NCBI GenBank assembly: GCA_027923505.1 | Contig: BROI01000007.1 | Span: forward strand, 868,001 to 932,000 | Source: Mayamaea pseudoterrestris | Taxonomy: Eukaryota | Length of the DNA stretch: 64,000 nucleotides | Direction: 5' to 3' | Shown: positions 23,433 to 33,487 of the stretch, piece after piece | How the letters are laid out: each line of letters opens with the position of its first letter | How positions within the stretch are numbered: position 1 is the first letter of the stretch | Position numbers and translations under genes: made by a program | The notes under the pieces: model-generated | What the model was told of the DNA's origin: nothing | What the model saw: the letters and a program-made list of their open reading frames with translations, nothing else | Database searches by the model: none

Positions 23433-25049
23433 ATGGAGTTAGCAAATGAATTTCGAGACGAAACAGTCGCAAAGACTCACAACAAGAAGAAGCGACTGAG
23501 TCGCAAGGAACAAAAGGCACGTAAGAAGCTCAAGACGCAGCAGCAGCAGCAATCAACAGTGACGGCGACGACAAGGCAGTCGGAATCGGCTACTGCAGCA
23601 GAAGTTTTACCAGTCGTGTCACGTATTCTTCCTCCAACGATAGACTACATTCCAACGCCGCTTCCCGAGCTGACTGCAGCCAAGACGAAGAAACCCAACC
23701 ATCAAAGCAAGTCGCTGGGCAACTGGTTCCCCAAAGCCTCCATCATTAAGTCACCTGTTTCCTACACCAACGCTGACAATTTCCAAGACCAGGCCTTTCA
23801 ACCAAAGGCAGCTCTGGTCTTGTTTTATCAGTACGTGGAACCAAACTGGCCAGCGTCTAAACTGGAAACACTCATTGCCTACTTGACCAAGATTTGCCAG
23901 CACCGCATTCTTGGTGGCCGCATTCGCGTGGCGACGGAAGGCGTCAATGCCACTATCAGTTCCGTCGATACCCTCGAGTGCTCGGCGCAGCAAACGCTGG
24001 AATTTTTTATAAAAGACTTGCAACTCTTTGACAAGGCGTTTATGCAAACGGATTTCAAAATTATTGACAATCTATCGCCGGATCGGCACTTTGGTCAGCT
24101 CAAAATCTTTCCAGTGCAGGAACTGGTATTCTACAACATTTCCAAACACGCAGCTCCACTCAGTCGCGGAGGAGTCCACTTGCCGCCCCAGGACTTTCAC
24201 GACATGCTGAGTAGTGGCGGCGATACGGACACGGTGGTGATTGATGTGCGCAACCACTACGAGGCGGCGATTGGTCGCTTCGATGGGCAGCAACAACGCA
24301 ATGATGCATCTGACAATAAGGGAGCATTGTATGTTGATCCAAAGATGCGAAAGAGTACAGACTTTACAGCTTGGTTGGATCAAGATGAGACAAAGCAGCA
24401 GCTGCAAGGCAAAAATGTCATGATGTACTGCACCGGCGGAGTTCGATGCGAGCGTGCGAGCGCCGTATTGAAACAAACCTTGGGCGACAAGATAAAGGGA
24501 GTCTTTCAGCTGCAAGGCGGCATTGAAGCCTATCTGAAGGAGTTTCAAGACGGAGGTCACTGGCGAGGAAAGAATTTCGTATTTGATAAGCGCGAGGCAG
24601 TAGCTGCGGATGATCCAAACGGTGACGGTGGCGTTGTGAAGCGAACGTCGGCAACGGAAAATAATCAAGCACGATGCTGCGTTTGCAGCAAGCCGTGGGA
24701 CCGTTACGTCGGTAAGAAGAAGTGCAGCACCTGCGGCGTCCCCGTGCTCATGTGCGATGGCTGCATGTCAAACAAGGCAACTGCCGAACTGCTGCTACGA
24801 TGTCCCCTCTGCGTCGAGCAAAATATCACCGTTCGCGCTAGTGACGTCGAGCTAACAGAGAATGGTATTAGAGGGAAAGCGATTGAGCAGAAGGATGGTA
24901 GGGCTGCTCCATCCGTGTTGAAATGGGGTGGTGGCCATGCAGCAGCCAAAAAGGACAAGCGCCGATTCTCCAAAGTGCCGTGCAGCTTTGGTGCTGACTG
25001 CAGGCGTTCTGACTGCTTCTTTGCGCATCCAACAACGTCAAAGAGTTGA
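23433..25049 (+). CDS. UPF0176/TrhO(YceA)/TSTD2-like rhodanese-domain protein with C-terminal CCCH finger
   Basis: LFYQY, GRIRVATEGVNAT, IDVRNHYEAAIGRF, MYCTGGVRCE, QLQGGI, GKNFVFDKR. Confidence 0.88.
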   Translation: MELANEFRDETVAKTHNKKKRLSRKEQKARKKLKTQQQQQSTVTATTRQSESATAAEVLPVVSRILPPTIDYIPTPLPELTAAKTKKPNHQSKSLGNWFPKASIIKSPVSYTNADNFQDQAFQPKAALVLFYQYVEPNWPASKLETLIAYLTKICQHRILGGRIRVATEGVNATISSVDTLECSAQQTLEFFIKDLQLFDKAFMQTDFKIIDNLSPDRHFGQLKIFPVQELVFYNISKHAAPLSRGGVHLPPQDFHDMLSSGGDTDTVVIDVRNHYEAAIGRFDGQQQRNDASDNKGALYVDPKMRKSTDFTAWLDQDETKQQLQGKNVMMYCTGGVRCERASAVLKQTLGDKIKGVFQLQGGIEAYLKEFQDGGHWRGKNFVFDKREAVAADDPNGDGGVVKRTSATENNQARCCVCSKPWDRYVGKKKCSTCGVPVLMCDGCMSNKATAELLLRCPLCVEQNITVRASDVELTENGIRGKAIEQKDGRAAPSVLKWGGGHAAAKKDKRRFSKVPCSFGADCRRSDCFFAHPTTSKS

Positions 25050-25224
25050 TCAAGCTACAAGACGAGCAATATTGAAAAATAATTGCCTGCTATTCGTACA
25101 CAAAACGAGAAAGTGTGAGCCATCGAGTTAGAAAGTCGAAACCTAACTTGTCGCATGATGGGATACACAAATTTATAATTATGAATTGTATTAAATAGTT
25201 TATCGATCCGCTTACCTTTAATCG

Positions 25225-27147
25225 TCATACAAGTTTGATGGTGCAAAAAGGCGCGACATTCGAGCCCGCTTCAGCAACAAATTCATTAAGGAGAGGCCGA
25301 ATCAATTCCTGCCCTCTTGCATGCAGCATATTCATCGTAGCTGGCTGTCCCATGCCCACTTCGAGCTTTATTTGCGATGGCGTCACAACGCCATTGTTTA
25401 CTTCATTAACATCGGTATCTAGGTAAACTTGGCAGCAGTTATGGATCGGACTCTTCTCCGCGATCATTGCCCTCGCTTGATCGGCAGCGACCCACTGTCT
25501 AGTTTCAGGACATAGCAGTTCGCTGAGGTGGTAATCCGCCTTGTAGCGCATCTTGGGACAGCTGTCAATGTAGTATCCAAGGTAGTAATACGGCAGCTTC
25601 TTGTCGTTCGTCCATTCAATTTCCTTCAATATTGCAAACTTTCCGAGTGGCAACACATCATGTGCAAAGGATGGATCGTAAAATAGGTAGACGGATGACA
25701 AGCCTCCAGGAAGGATGTCCACAACGCCAACCGCCACCAGCAGGCCATTAACGCGATAGTGCTGATGATACGTCCCCAGCTGACTTCCATTGAGCGTAGT
25801 AGATGCACTATGCGTTTCAAACGGATTGTCAACTAGAAACCCAACGAAATGACCATAGGCTTCTGTAATGCGATCAAATTGTGGCGAGTCCTTGTAAAGG
25901 TCCAGCAGCATGGACTTTGCTCGCTCCGCCCATCCCTGCGGCGCGTTTTCAGCCCATTCGTAGGTACAGTCACTGGCCCCCAGCGCAGCAGAGTCTTCTG
26001 CGTATGGATTAGCGTCTTGGTGTATTTCATGCTGGTATAACAAGTATAGCTTGTGCACTTCTGGCATCAAGGCCGACTCGTACGCCGGCAGAGTTGTCAC
26101 CTCCAATCCGAGCGACGCAACTGGTGAATTGTCATTATCTAATAAATGTTGTCGATTCCACCAAGTCGTCAGTTTGTTGCTGCATTGATCATCTTGTTCA
26201 TTGTTATCGCGGGTCGCGTCTAAATTTTGCTTTGTGTGCACACTAGCAGTGGCTGCATCATCGTTGGCGCCTGCAATTTGGACGGTGACCAAGACTTGTC
26301 CCGACGCTTCGTGCGCTTGGACCGAAAGTATCTGAACGTTGCAGCCACATGGCTTGTGCTTTTTGAGAGCGATAGAATGATTCGCATGTGATCCATTGGC
26401 GCCGTTGCAATCGGCTTCCAAATGTGGAGTGTCGACATAAGAATTGCTCGAAGACGCAACGGTGTGCCTTCGCCTTAGTTCGTCCGCGACTCTCGTAGCA
26501 AGCTCTGTCCTATCAATCGTTCCCTTGCTTCTTCCAGCAATCGCAGCGCATATACTAGTTGCGAGAGTCACCTTGCTTGGATCGCAGCCGTCATGTTTCC
26601 GTCGAGGCAATATTTTGAAGGAAACTGGTTGATCTAGCAGTGAAGTCTCGTTTACGAGGCTCGTCAGAATCCGAGTCGTCCATTCTCGCAAGTCATTCAT
26701 AAAGCCCGACTTTTGCAGCTCCTTCATGTTTAATTCCAAATTATTATTGTGAGCATGATTATTTTTCACGTTCGTACGTTGATCATTGACAGTTTGCATG
26801 CACGTTGCTTGGAACAGCTTGTTCGCCTGCTTCTGCAGCTTGCGCTGACTCTTGGTTGGCACAAAGTCTTGCACTCGCAGTCGAATCGTCAGCGCCGGAC
26901 AGCAGGAGACCCAATTATCGGGCCGATAGAGTGCTCGTCCGGAGCGACGCCAGCCTTGACATATCAATGACTCGTAGACGACTGGGGTCATGGAGTCAGC
27001 CAATATTGAATAGGCCTTGGATGACTCGGAGGGATCGCGATTCACAATCGAGCTGCGATCGCCGCGACAGTATCCGCAGGTGGACCAGGAGCTTCCGCAG
27101 AGGCGGACCGAGTTTTGGAGATAGCTGGTAGTGTTGTTTTCGTCCAT
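25225..27147 (-). CDS. ATE1: Arginyl-tRNA--protein transferase
   Basis: CGYC, GWRRSG, CCPALTIRL, GTYHQHY, VGVVDILP, SSVYLFYDP, YYYLGYYI..CPKMRYK. Confidence 0.95.
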   Translation of the reverse strand: MDENNTTSYLQNSVRLCGSSWSTCGYCRGDRSSIVNRDPSESSKAYSILADSMTPVVYESLICQGWRRSGRALYRPDNWVSCCPALTIRLRVQDFVPTKSQRKLQKQANKLFQATCMQTVNDQRTNVKNNHAHNNNLELNMKELQKSGFMNDLREWTTRILTSLVNETSLLDQPVSFKILPRRKHDGCDPSKVTLATSICAAIAGRSKGTIDRTELATRVADELRRRHTVASSSNSYVDTPHLEADCNGANGSHANHSIALKKHKPCGCNVQILSVQAHEASGQVLVTVQIAGANDDAATASVHTKQNLDATRDNNEQDDQCSNKLTTWWNRQHLLDNDNSPVASLGLEVTTLPAYESALMPEVHKLYLLYQHEIHQDANPYAEDSAALGASDCTYEWAENAPQGWAERAKSMLLDLYKDSPQFDRITEAYGHFVGFLVDNPFETHSASTTLNGSQLGTYHQHYRVNGLLVAVGVVDILPGGLSSVYLFYDPSFAHDVLPLGKFAILKEIEWTNDKKLPYYYLGYYIDSCPKMRYKADYHLSELLCPETRQWVAADQARAMIAEKSPIHNCCQVYLDTDVNEVNNGVVTPSQIKLEVGMGQPATMNMLHARGQELIRPLLNEFVAEAGSNVAPFCTIKLV

Positions 27148-27602
27148 TGCTACTCTTCTTATGCGACAAAACAAGTGCTCAGCGCCTGAACAATAATGAT
27201 CGCGCTTGTCGCGCTGTGAAGCCAACTTTGATTTATTTTTCAGCAAATATCAATCCTTTTCGTCTACTTTCTTGTGATATTGTCAGCCTGCAAAGTAATA
27301 TTGCTGCTTGTCAGCCTATTAAATTGATGGAGAGTGGTCAACCCATTGCGAACCATGATGCGCACTCGGCGTCTCGGCGTTTCTGTGGTAAGTCACGCTG
27401 CGACTGGGCCAAGACACGTCCATAACTGTTCTAGAAGTCTACCAGGGCATGACCTGGAACTACTGAAACAAAGTTCACAGCTTGAGTATGATGGTACGGT
27501 ATTAGATCTACTGTAAAAGAAGCCATTATCGGTCTCCGACAATGAGAGAAGGGCTGTGAACATGAACCAGCACGGCCGGGCAATGCCTCATCCGCAGTCA
27601 AA

Positions 27603-28898
27603 CTATGATTTTCTCAGTATATGCAATGCCAGCAAGGCCGAGACTGCGATTGCCGTGTACAGATTCAATGCATGTCCGTACCAAGCTTCCTCCTCCCTTC
27701 GTTCCCTGTTCACACTATTGGGATGATGGAACTGATCAAAGAGTCGCATCAGATTTCGTTCCAGCATGGCCACCGTCACCTTGCCCACCAGCGGAACGTA
27801 GACGACGCCGGGAATTTTCAAAAGCTCCTCCTCGTCGACATTTTTAAATGACGCAACATTCACAACCGTAGTGCCAGGCTGGATCCACTCCGTCGGAAGC
27901 CGGTAGTTCTTTGTTGGAACTCCAGTCACCACGACGGAAGACTGCAAACAAGAGAATTATCAAATTAGTTGGAGTAGCTTTGCAAGTTAATGCATTGCAT
28001 CAGCATGTTTCTGAGTGTTCAGCAACCCACCTTTCGAACGCACGATTCTGGCGTTTCCTCCGGACAAGCTTGCAACCTTCCACCCGAAAATTTGTAAATG
28101 GAGTTGATATCCACAGAGTATACTTCGGCGCCATCATTCGCCAGCATGGCGGCCAATGGCCGTCCCACAATCTCCGAGCGATTAATCACCGTCACAGACT
28201 TGCCAAACATGTGCTTGCCAATCGGGTTGCTCTTGTCGTAGCAGTTGGGACAATGCTCCAATATTTTCACGACACTGAGCGCCGTACACGGCAGGAGACA
28301 CTTTTCCGTGCTTCGCGGATAGTCCAAGTAGCGAATGTTGCGATAGAGGTTGAAGCGATACGTGTGACAGAGTCCTTCCACGTCGCAGCGAAAGTCGACG
28401 CTGTCGCGCAAGTAGTCATCCTGACTAGCACCAGAAAAGGACTCTTCCTGTCCAAAGATGGGGTAGTAGACAATGACGCCATGGACGCGGGGATCATTGT
28501 TGGCATCCAAGAGTGCATTCTCCACGTCAATGGCGTCGTTCAAACGGCGCAGCTCGTATCGAAGGCCGTCGGCTTGGCAAGCCTTTCCGGTCCATTCGGC
28601 GTACTTGACAGCGGCAGGATCCTTGTTGGCTAGTAAGCCGACGAGTAAGGGAGCTTCTGTATCATGTAGAGCATGCATTAGAAATGTATTGGTTGAGCAA
28701 AATGTTTTGGTCCATCTCCACCAAAGAACAACAACGACAAATATCCTCTCTTCCTACTGTATACGCACCAATCCCTTGTCGATGAAGCTCTGCAACTTTT
28801 GCCTTGATTTCATCTCGAAACGACTTTGCTACAACTCCAGCATCGACCTTGATGCCTTTGGCGGGATCTGCAACGATGAGGGGCGACGACGACGCCAT
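27603..28898 (-). CDS. MTD1: Methylenetetrahydrofolate dehydrogenase, yeast Mtd1 (NAD+) type; exons 28898-28769, 28656-28031, 27941-27603
   Basis: YAEWT, HGVIVYYPIFG, DVEGL, LLPCTAL, INRSEIVGRPLAAMLANDGA, VGKVTVAMLERN. Confidence 0.9.
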
Positions 28899-29115
28899 GG
28901 CGACGAAGAATGAATGATGAGATGTTTCGATGGCAGGAAACGGATCGAACAGTGGGCGGGTGTGCTTAAATGTGATTGAGTACCGTTACGACGCTGGAAG
29001 TCGGGCGAGCCAAAAGTTCTTTCGCAGCATCGTTCATCACCACCTCCATCATGACGTTCATTCATATTATAACTGTGGCGGAAGAGCCTCCCACTGCCAC
29101 ATCATCTTCAACTCA

Positions 29116-30378
29116 ATGGCAATCGGGAGTGTGTTCAAGCGATCAAAGGTGGAAGGAAAGTCGAAACGGAACATGGGGCTCGTCAAAGCATGTTGCATTC
29201 TTGTCATGGTCGGCACGTTCATTCTTTACTATGCTGCCGTCGTGAAAGGAGCACTGGCGGCGAACGAGATGATGATTGCTATCAATAATGAGACCGTGCT
29301 TCGAGACTTGTTCAAGAATGATCAAGAGAGGCAGTCTCGACGAGCTGCTGCAGCTCTTAGTGCTACCGATAGTCGACCCATTCCAATCGATGACACCAAT
29401 GAGCTACCAGCAAGGCGACTCTACGCACGAACTTTGGTTGGCATTCTCGTTGACTTTTCCAAGCAAGGTTTACAGTATCGACGTCGATTTCGACAACTGT
29501 TTCCCTTGCATCCCAACGTTTGCAGCATCGGTGAACTCCAGGATCCGACTGTCAACACTCTTGACTGCGAACTTGTCTACACCTTTGTCGTGGGAGCTGG
29601 AATGACAAATGCTACAAGTGCTGCATCGACAAACTCGACAATTACCATGCGACTGAATCCTCCCTATCTCGTTCCATCCGTTGCGAAAGTCTGCCAGGCT
29701 CATCCGGACCAGACTGACTGCATGCACTCTGACATGACTTTACTCAACATTGCCGAAAACATGAATCTCGGCAAGTCACCCACCTGGTTCGCGTACGGGG
29801 CGCATATATCAAATAAACTCGGCATTGACTACATTGCCAAGCAGGATACCGACACCATTTTATATCTCGACAAGTACTTTCGATTTTGCCGCACCAACCT
29901 TCCGCCGGCGCCGTTTGCCACGGACATTTTCTCCGGATGGTTCGACGAAAAGACCTACTGGCCGCCCACCTTGCGCTCCAGTACTGTCAAAGTTACCAAG
30001 TTCACCTACAAGTCGCCCATTACGCTCTACGTGCAGGGCCAGTTCTACTTAATGTCGAGTGATTTGGCTGCCAAAATGGCCAAGGCGATTGCGGAACACC
30101 CAACCTTTTCGAAGCAAGGCTACATTGAGGAGCATGAGGATCGTGACGTTTCCAGTGCCGTCTTGTTGGGCTCCGACAAGCAGCTGCACTTCATTCTGCT
30201 GTCCAAGAAGGACTTGTTTTGGCAGCATCGCGTCAAGGTACGACTCGGGCAGCGATTCCATAACGAATGGGGCAAGGAACTGGCTCGCATCAAACAGCAC
30301 GTCAAGGAGACGTATGGCGCAAACGTTTTGAAACGCATGGGAGAGCGAGTCACTGCTAATTCAATAGTGTCAAAATAG
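29116..30378 (+). CDS. Type-II membrane glycosyltransferase, GT31-like
   Basis: N-terminal TM, ENMNLGKS, DYIAKQDTD (DxD), YVQGQFYLMSSDLA, EDRDVS. Confidence 0.75.
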   Translation: MAIGSVFKRSKVEGKSKRNMGLVKACCILVMVGTFILYYAAVVKGALAANEMMIAINNETVLRDLFKNDQERQSRRAAAALSATDSRPIPIDDTNELPARRLYARTLVGILVDFSKQGLQYRRRFRQLFPLHPNVCSIGELQDPTVNTLDCELVYTFVVGAGMTNATSAASTNSTITMRLNPPYLVPSVAKVCQAHPDQTDCMHSDMTLLNIAENMNLGKSPTWFAYGAHISNKLGIDYIAKQDTDTILYLDKYFRFCRTNLPPAPFATDIFSGWFDEKTYWPPTLRSSTVKVTKFTYKSPITLYVQGQFYLMSSDLAAKMAKAIAEHPTFSKQGYIEEHEDRDVSSAVLLGSDKQLHFILLSKKDLFWQHRVKVRLGQRFHNEWGKELARIKQHVKETYGANVLKRMGERVTANSIVSK

Positions 30379-30431
30379 TAGACAGAACAATAGTGCAACA
30401 CATCAATACTAATCACATTCCATTAATTCAA

Positions 30432-33011
30432 CTAGGCAGCATTGACTCTGACTCGATAGAGGCAAGCATACTCCGCTCCCCAATTCGAGTCAATCGCAAG
30501 TGCAACTGACTGCAGCTCCGGGACTGGCCGCTCCCCAACCACTCGAGCTACTTCAAACTCTTGCCGAATTGCGCCAGTGATGGTATATTCAAACGTGCCC
30601 AACTCCCAAGGTTCACTACTCGCTGCATCGTCCTCAAAGCCAAGTAAACGAAAGGAACGAATCGCAGTATTGACGCGATCAGTCACTTCCTTCGGTGGGT
30701 GCTCGATTGAAACCGAATACACTGTGGTAGGCTTTGCAAGCTTGAACGAGAGGACTCCGTACTCGCTTGCTACTCCAGCATGCTGCTGGAACGACCAACA
30801 CTGGCCAAGAGCTGCAAAAGGAACGACAGGAGTCAACGCCATTTCAGGTCCATGTCCATAGAAACGTAAACCAAGGACGTCAGCCATTCGGTTCAAAAGG
30901 GGTAAGTCGTCTTTGAGCGAAAGTGTAGTCGCCCATTTTCCACTACGTATGACACTGGCCCCATTTAGAATTGACGCATAGTCAACCTTGCCCGTCTGAT
31001 CGGCTCGCTCCAACTCTAGTCGACTCCTGATCAACCCGGCAAACGTATCAATGGTCTGCTTTTCTGCCGGTTTGGGTACCATAGCCATTCCTTCGGAAAA
31101 CACTTGCGCCTCTTCCTCCAAGTTCTCCTGCACCCAACTGTGAATTTCTTTTGAAAATTCGTCCGACATGACTCCAACAACTGATGTATCTGCCTCCCTT
31201 CTCAACGTTTCCACCAAACTGTCAAACTGCTTCACGTCAAACTCGGGCAATATACTCTTGGTCTCGTTGCAGCTAATTGTCGTGTCTGGAACGACCCATG
31301 AGTCGATGAACGACACGTCGACCAAGAATTGGTCGACGCCATCTAACGAATTCAGCTGCTCTCTCAATGCATCCATCTCTTCCCTGCCTAACAAAAGATT
31401 GGGCTCGTTCAAGTTCTCTTGTAAAATTGAATGAGTCTTTGTGACACTTCCCGCGGCTTGTTGGAAACGCGTCTGCCGCTGAGCGACCACCTCATTTAAA
31501 ACGCGGTTTAGTTCATTCGTTCTGCCAGCCAACGTCAAAAGCTCCTCCTTGGCGGCTTCAACATTTTTCTGCAACGAAACGATTGCTTCAAGCTTACTGA
31601 CAGTCTGCTGAGCATGAATGGGATCGAACTGCATGGGCGACATCCACGCCGCAACCGCCTGGCACTGCGTCAAGGCTGCGTCGGACAGGCCAATCATGGA
31701 CGAATAAATGGGCGGAAACGCAAAGCTTGCACTCGCGGCCGCCACCAAGAGCCACAGAGCCAGCCAAAAAGGAACATAGTGTGGCGCGCGTCGGTACCAC
31801 GTCTCCTTGGAAACAAGTTGTTGCTGCTGCTGCAAATTGTCACCAGCTTGCCGCGCCTCCGCTGGCATCGAGGTCGTGTCAACAACGCTCTCCGTCTCCA
31901 TGACATCGGTAAAGCTGGTAAAGGTTGTTTGAAGGTCAATGTTTCTCGAATTCGTCCTCGTATGTCGGGCTCGAAAGGCGACTGCCCTCGACTCTTGCTG
32001 CACCACCAAATGTGAATTCATCGAGGCGGCAGCAGCGCCGCCTGTATCATTCAATCCCAACAAAACATCCAAACCAGAAGCGCGTGCAGCTGGTTTGCGC
32101 GCCAGTGGATGATCATTGGCTCCATTGTCGTTATTATTATTATCCGTCTCCATGACATCGGCAAAGCTAGTAAAGGTTGTATCCAAGTCAATGTTTCTGG
32201 AATTGGTGCGCGAGTGTTTGGCTCGAAAGGCAATCGCATGCTGAATGGCCAAGGGTGGATCCGACGCGGCCACGCCATGCTCATGATTGTGCTGCGCCAA
32301 CAAATTGTCCAAACCAGCGGCTCGCGCATGGCGGGGTTGCGAGACTGGAATGTTAATGGTTGCGGAGCCTTGCTCGCTTGCGCCGCCGCCTCCGTAGTTT
32401 AGTTGCAGACTTGGTCCTCGTGGCATTTCATTGTTACTTGTCATGCCCAGAGTCGATTCATCATTCTGATATGACCGAATCGGGACCGTCCCCTTGCTGG
32501 CCTTTCCTGGCGTCTGATTGACTGGCAGACGAATGTTATCAACGGCAACGGGAACCGATCGAGCTGGAGGCTCGGCGTTCTGCACGTGAATCGTCGCACC
32601 TTCCGCCGCCATGGCATCGGGCATTCCAAAGTTTCTGTCCTCGTGAAAATGAACGTGGTTTGTCTCGAAGTTAATGACGGCTGGCAATTTGGAATCCTGC
32701 TCCTCCTCCTCGTGCTCTTCAGTAATTGTATCAATCGCAGTATCAATCGCGGCAGCAGCAGCAGCTCCCTTTTTGGCGCGCGAGCGCTTGGGCGTGCGAC
32801 TACCTCTAGAGCCTTGCGAGGACGCGACACTATCATCATCCGTCTTGCGCTTGCGCGTTGATCGCCTTGCGGGAGGTTGCTTGTCTTCCTCCTCCTGGAG
32901 GACGCTAACATCGTCGCCCGCTGACTTGTTGCGGGCGGAGATGCGCCGGCTCTTGCGCGTCGGAGTGTCAACGCTCAATTGATCCGTATCGTCGTCCATT
33001 GGAGGAGCCAT
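30432..33011 (-). CDS. SUN-domain nuclear envelope protein
   Basis: Basic N-terminus, TM, coiled coil, then C-terminal DYASILNGASVI...GQCWSF...SIEHP...SNWGAEYACLYRVRV. Confidence 0.92.
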   Translation of the reverse strand: MAPPMDDDTDQLSVDTPTRKSRRISARNKSAGDDVSVLQEEEDKQPPARRSTRKRKTDDDSVASSQGSRGSRTPKRSRAKKGAAAAAAIDTAIDTITEEHEEEEQDSKLPAVINFETNHVHFHEDRNFGMPDAMAAEGATIHVQNAEPPARSVPVAVDNIRLPVNQTPGKASKGTVPIRSYQNDESTLGMTSNNEMPRGPSLQLNYGGGGASEQGSATINIPVSQPRHARAAGLDNLLAQHNHEHGVAASDPPLAIQHAIAFRAKHSRTNSRNIDLDTTFTSFADVMETDNNNNDNGANDHPLARKPAARASGLDVLLGLNDTGGAAAASMNSHLVVQQESRAVAFRARHTRTNSRNIDLQTTFTSFTDVMETESVVDTTSMPAEARQAGDNLQQQQQLVSKETWYRRAPHYVPFWLALWLLVAAASASFAFPPIYSSMIGLSDAALTQCQAVAAWMSPMQFDPIHAQQTVSKLEAIVSLQKNVEAAKEELLTLAGRTNELNRVLNEVVAQRQTRFQQAAGSVTKTHSILQENLNEPNLLLGREEMDALREQLNSLDGVDQFLVDVSFIDSWVVPDTTISCNETKSILPEFDVKQFDSLVETLRREADTSVVGVMSDEFSKEIHSWVQENLEEEAQVFSEGMAMVPKPAEKQTIDTFAGLIRSRLELERADQTGKVDYASILNGASVIRSGKWATTLSLKDDLPLLNRMADVLGLRFYGHGPEMALTPVVPFAALGQCWSFQQHAGVASEYGVLSFKLAKPTTVYSVSIEHPPKEVTDRVNTAIRSFRLLGFEDDAASSEPWELGTFEYTITGAIRQEFEVARVVGERPVPELQSVALAIDSNWGAEYACLYRVRVNAA

Positions 33012-33487
33012 GGCGAAAATAAAAAAAGATTACTATCTTGCAACTAAATAGTAGAGTTTACAGATACAAAAAATAGAACAAGCAAATCGCGAGTTGGATC
33101 AACGAATCCTCATGGCGCGGCGTGGCAAGTATGGCAGACGCACGTGAGAATTGTGTGTCACTACGACATGTAGCGGTACTCACTTTCAACCCGGAAGCGG
33201 AGAGCCTGTCGGCACCTTGATTACCAAACGGTCCCGCGTGAGTCGGGCATAACAAGCTCAAAGATACCTTTTGGCAGCGTGGGAGGAGCGATCAGCAAGA
33301 GCCGTGTGCTCCTCGCGGAAATGGTTGCCGCACTCGCCCATTGGCCAAGCAAGCTCTAGCCTGGACACTCGGTGAGATTATTTTCGACCGATAGCTCGTC
33401 TTGATTTCTTCGTTCCGTACCTTGACACGTAGTAAAACAGCGACGCATATTAGATTTGGTGAATCGCTTCACGAGGCAACAATCAAC

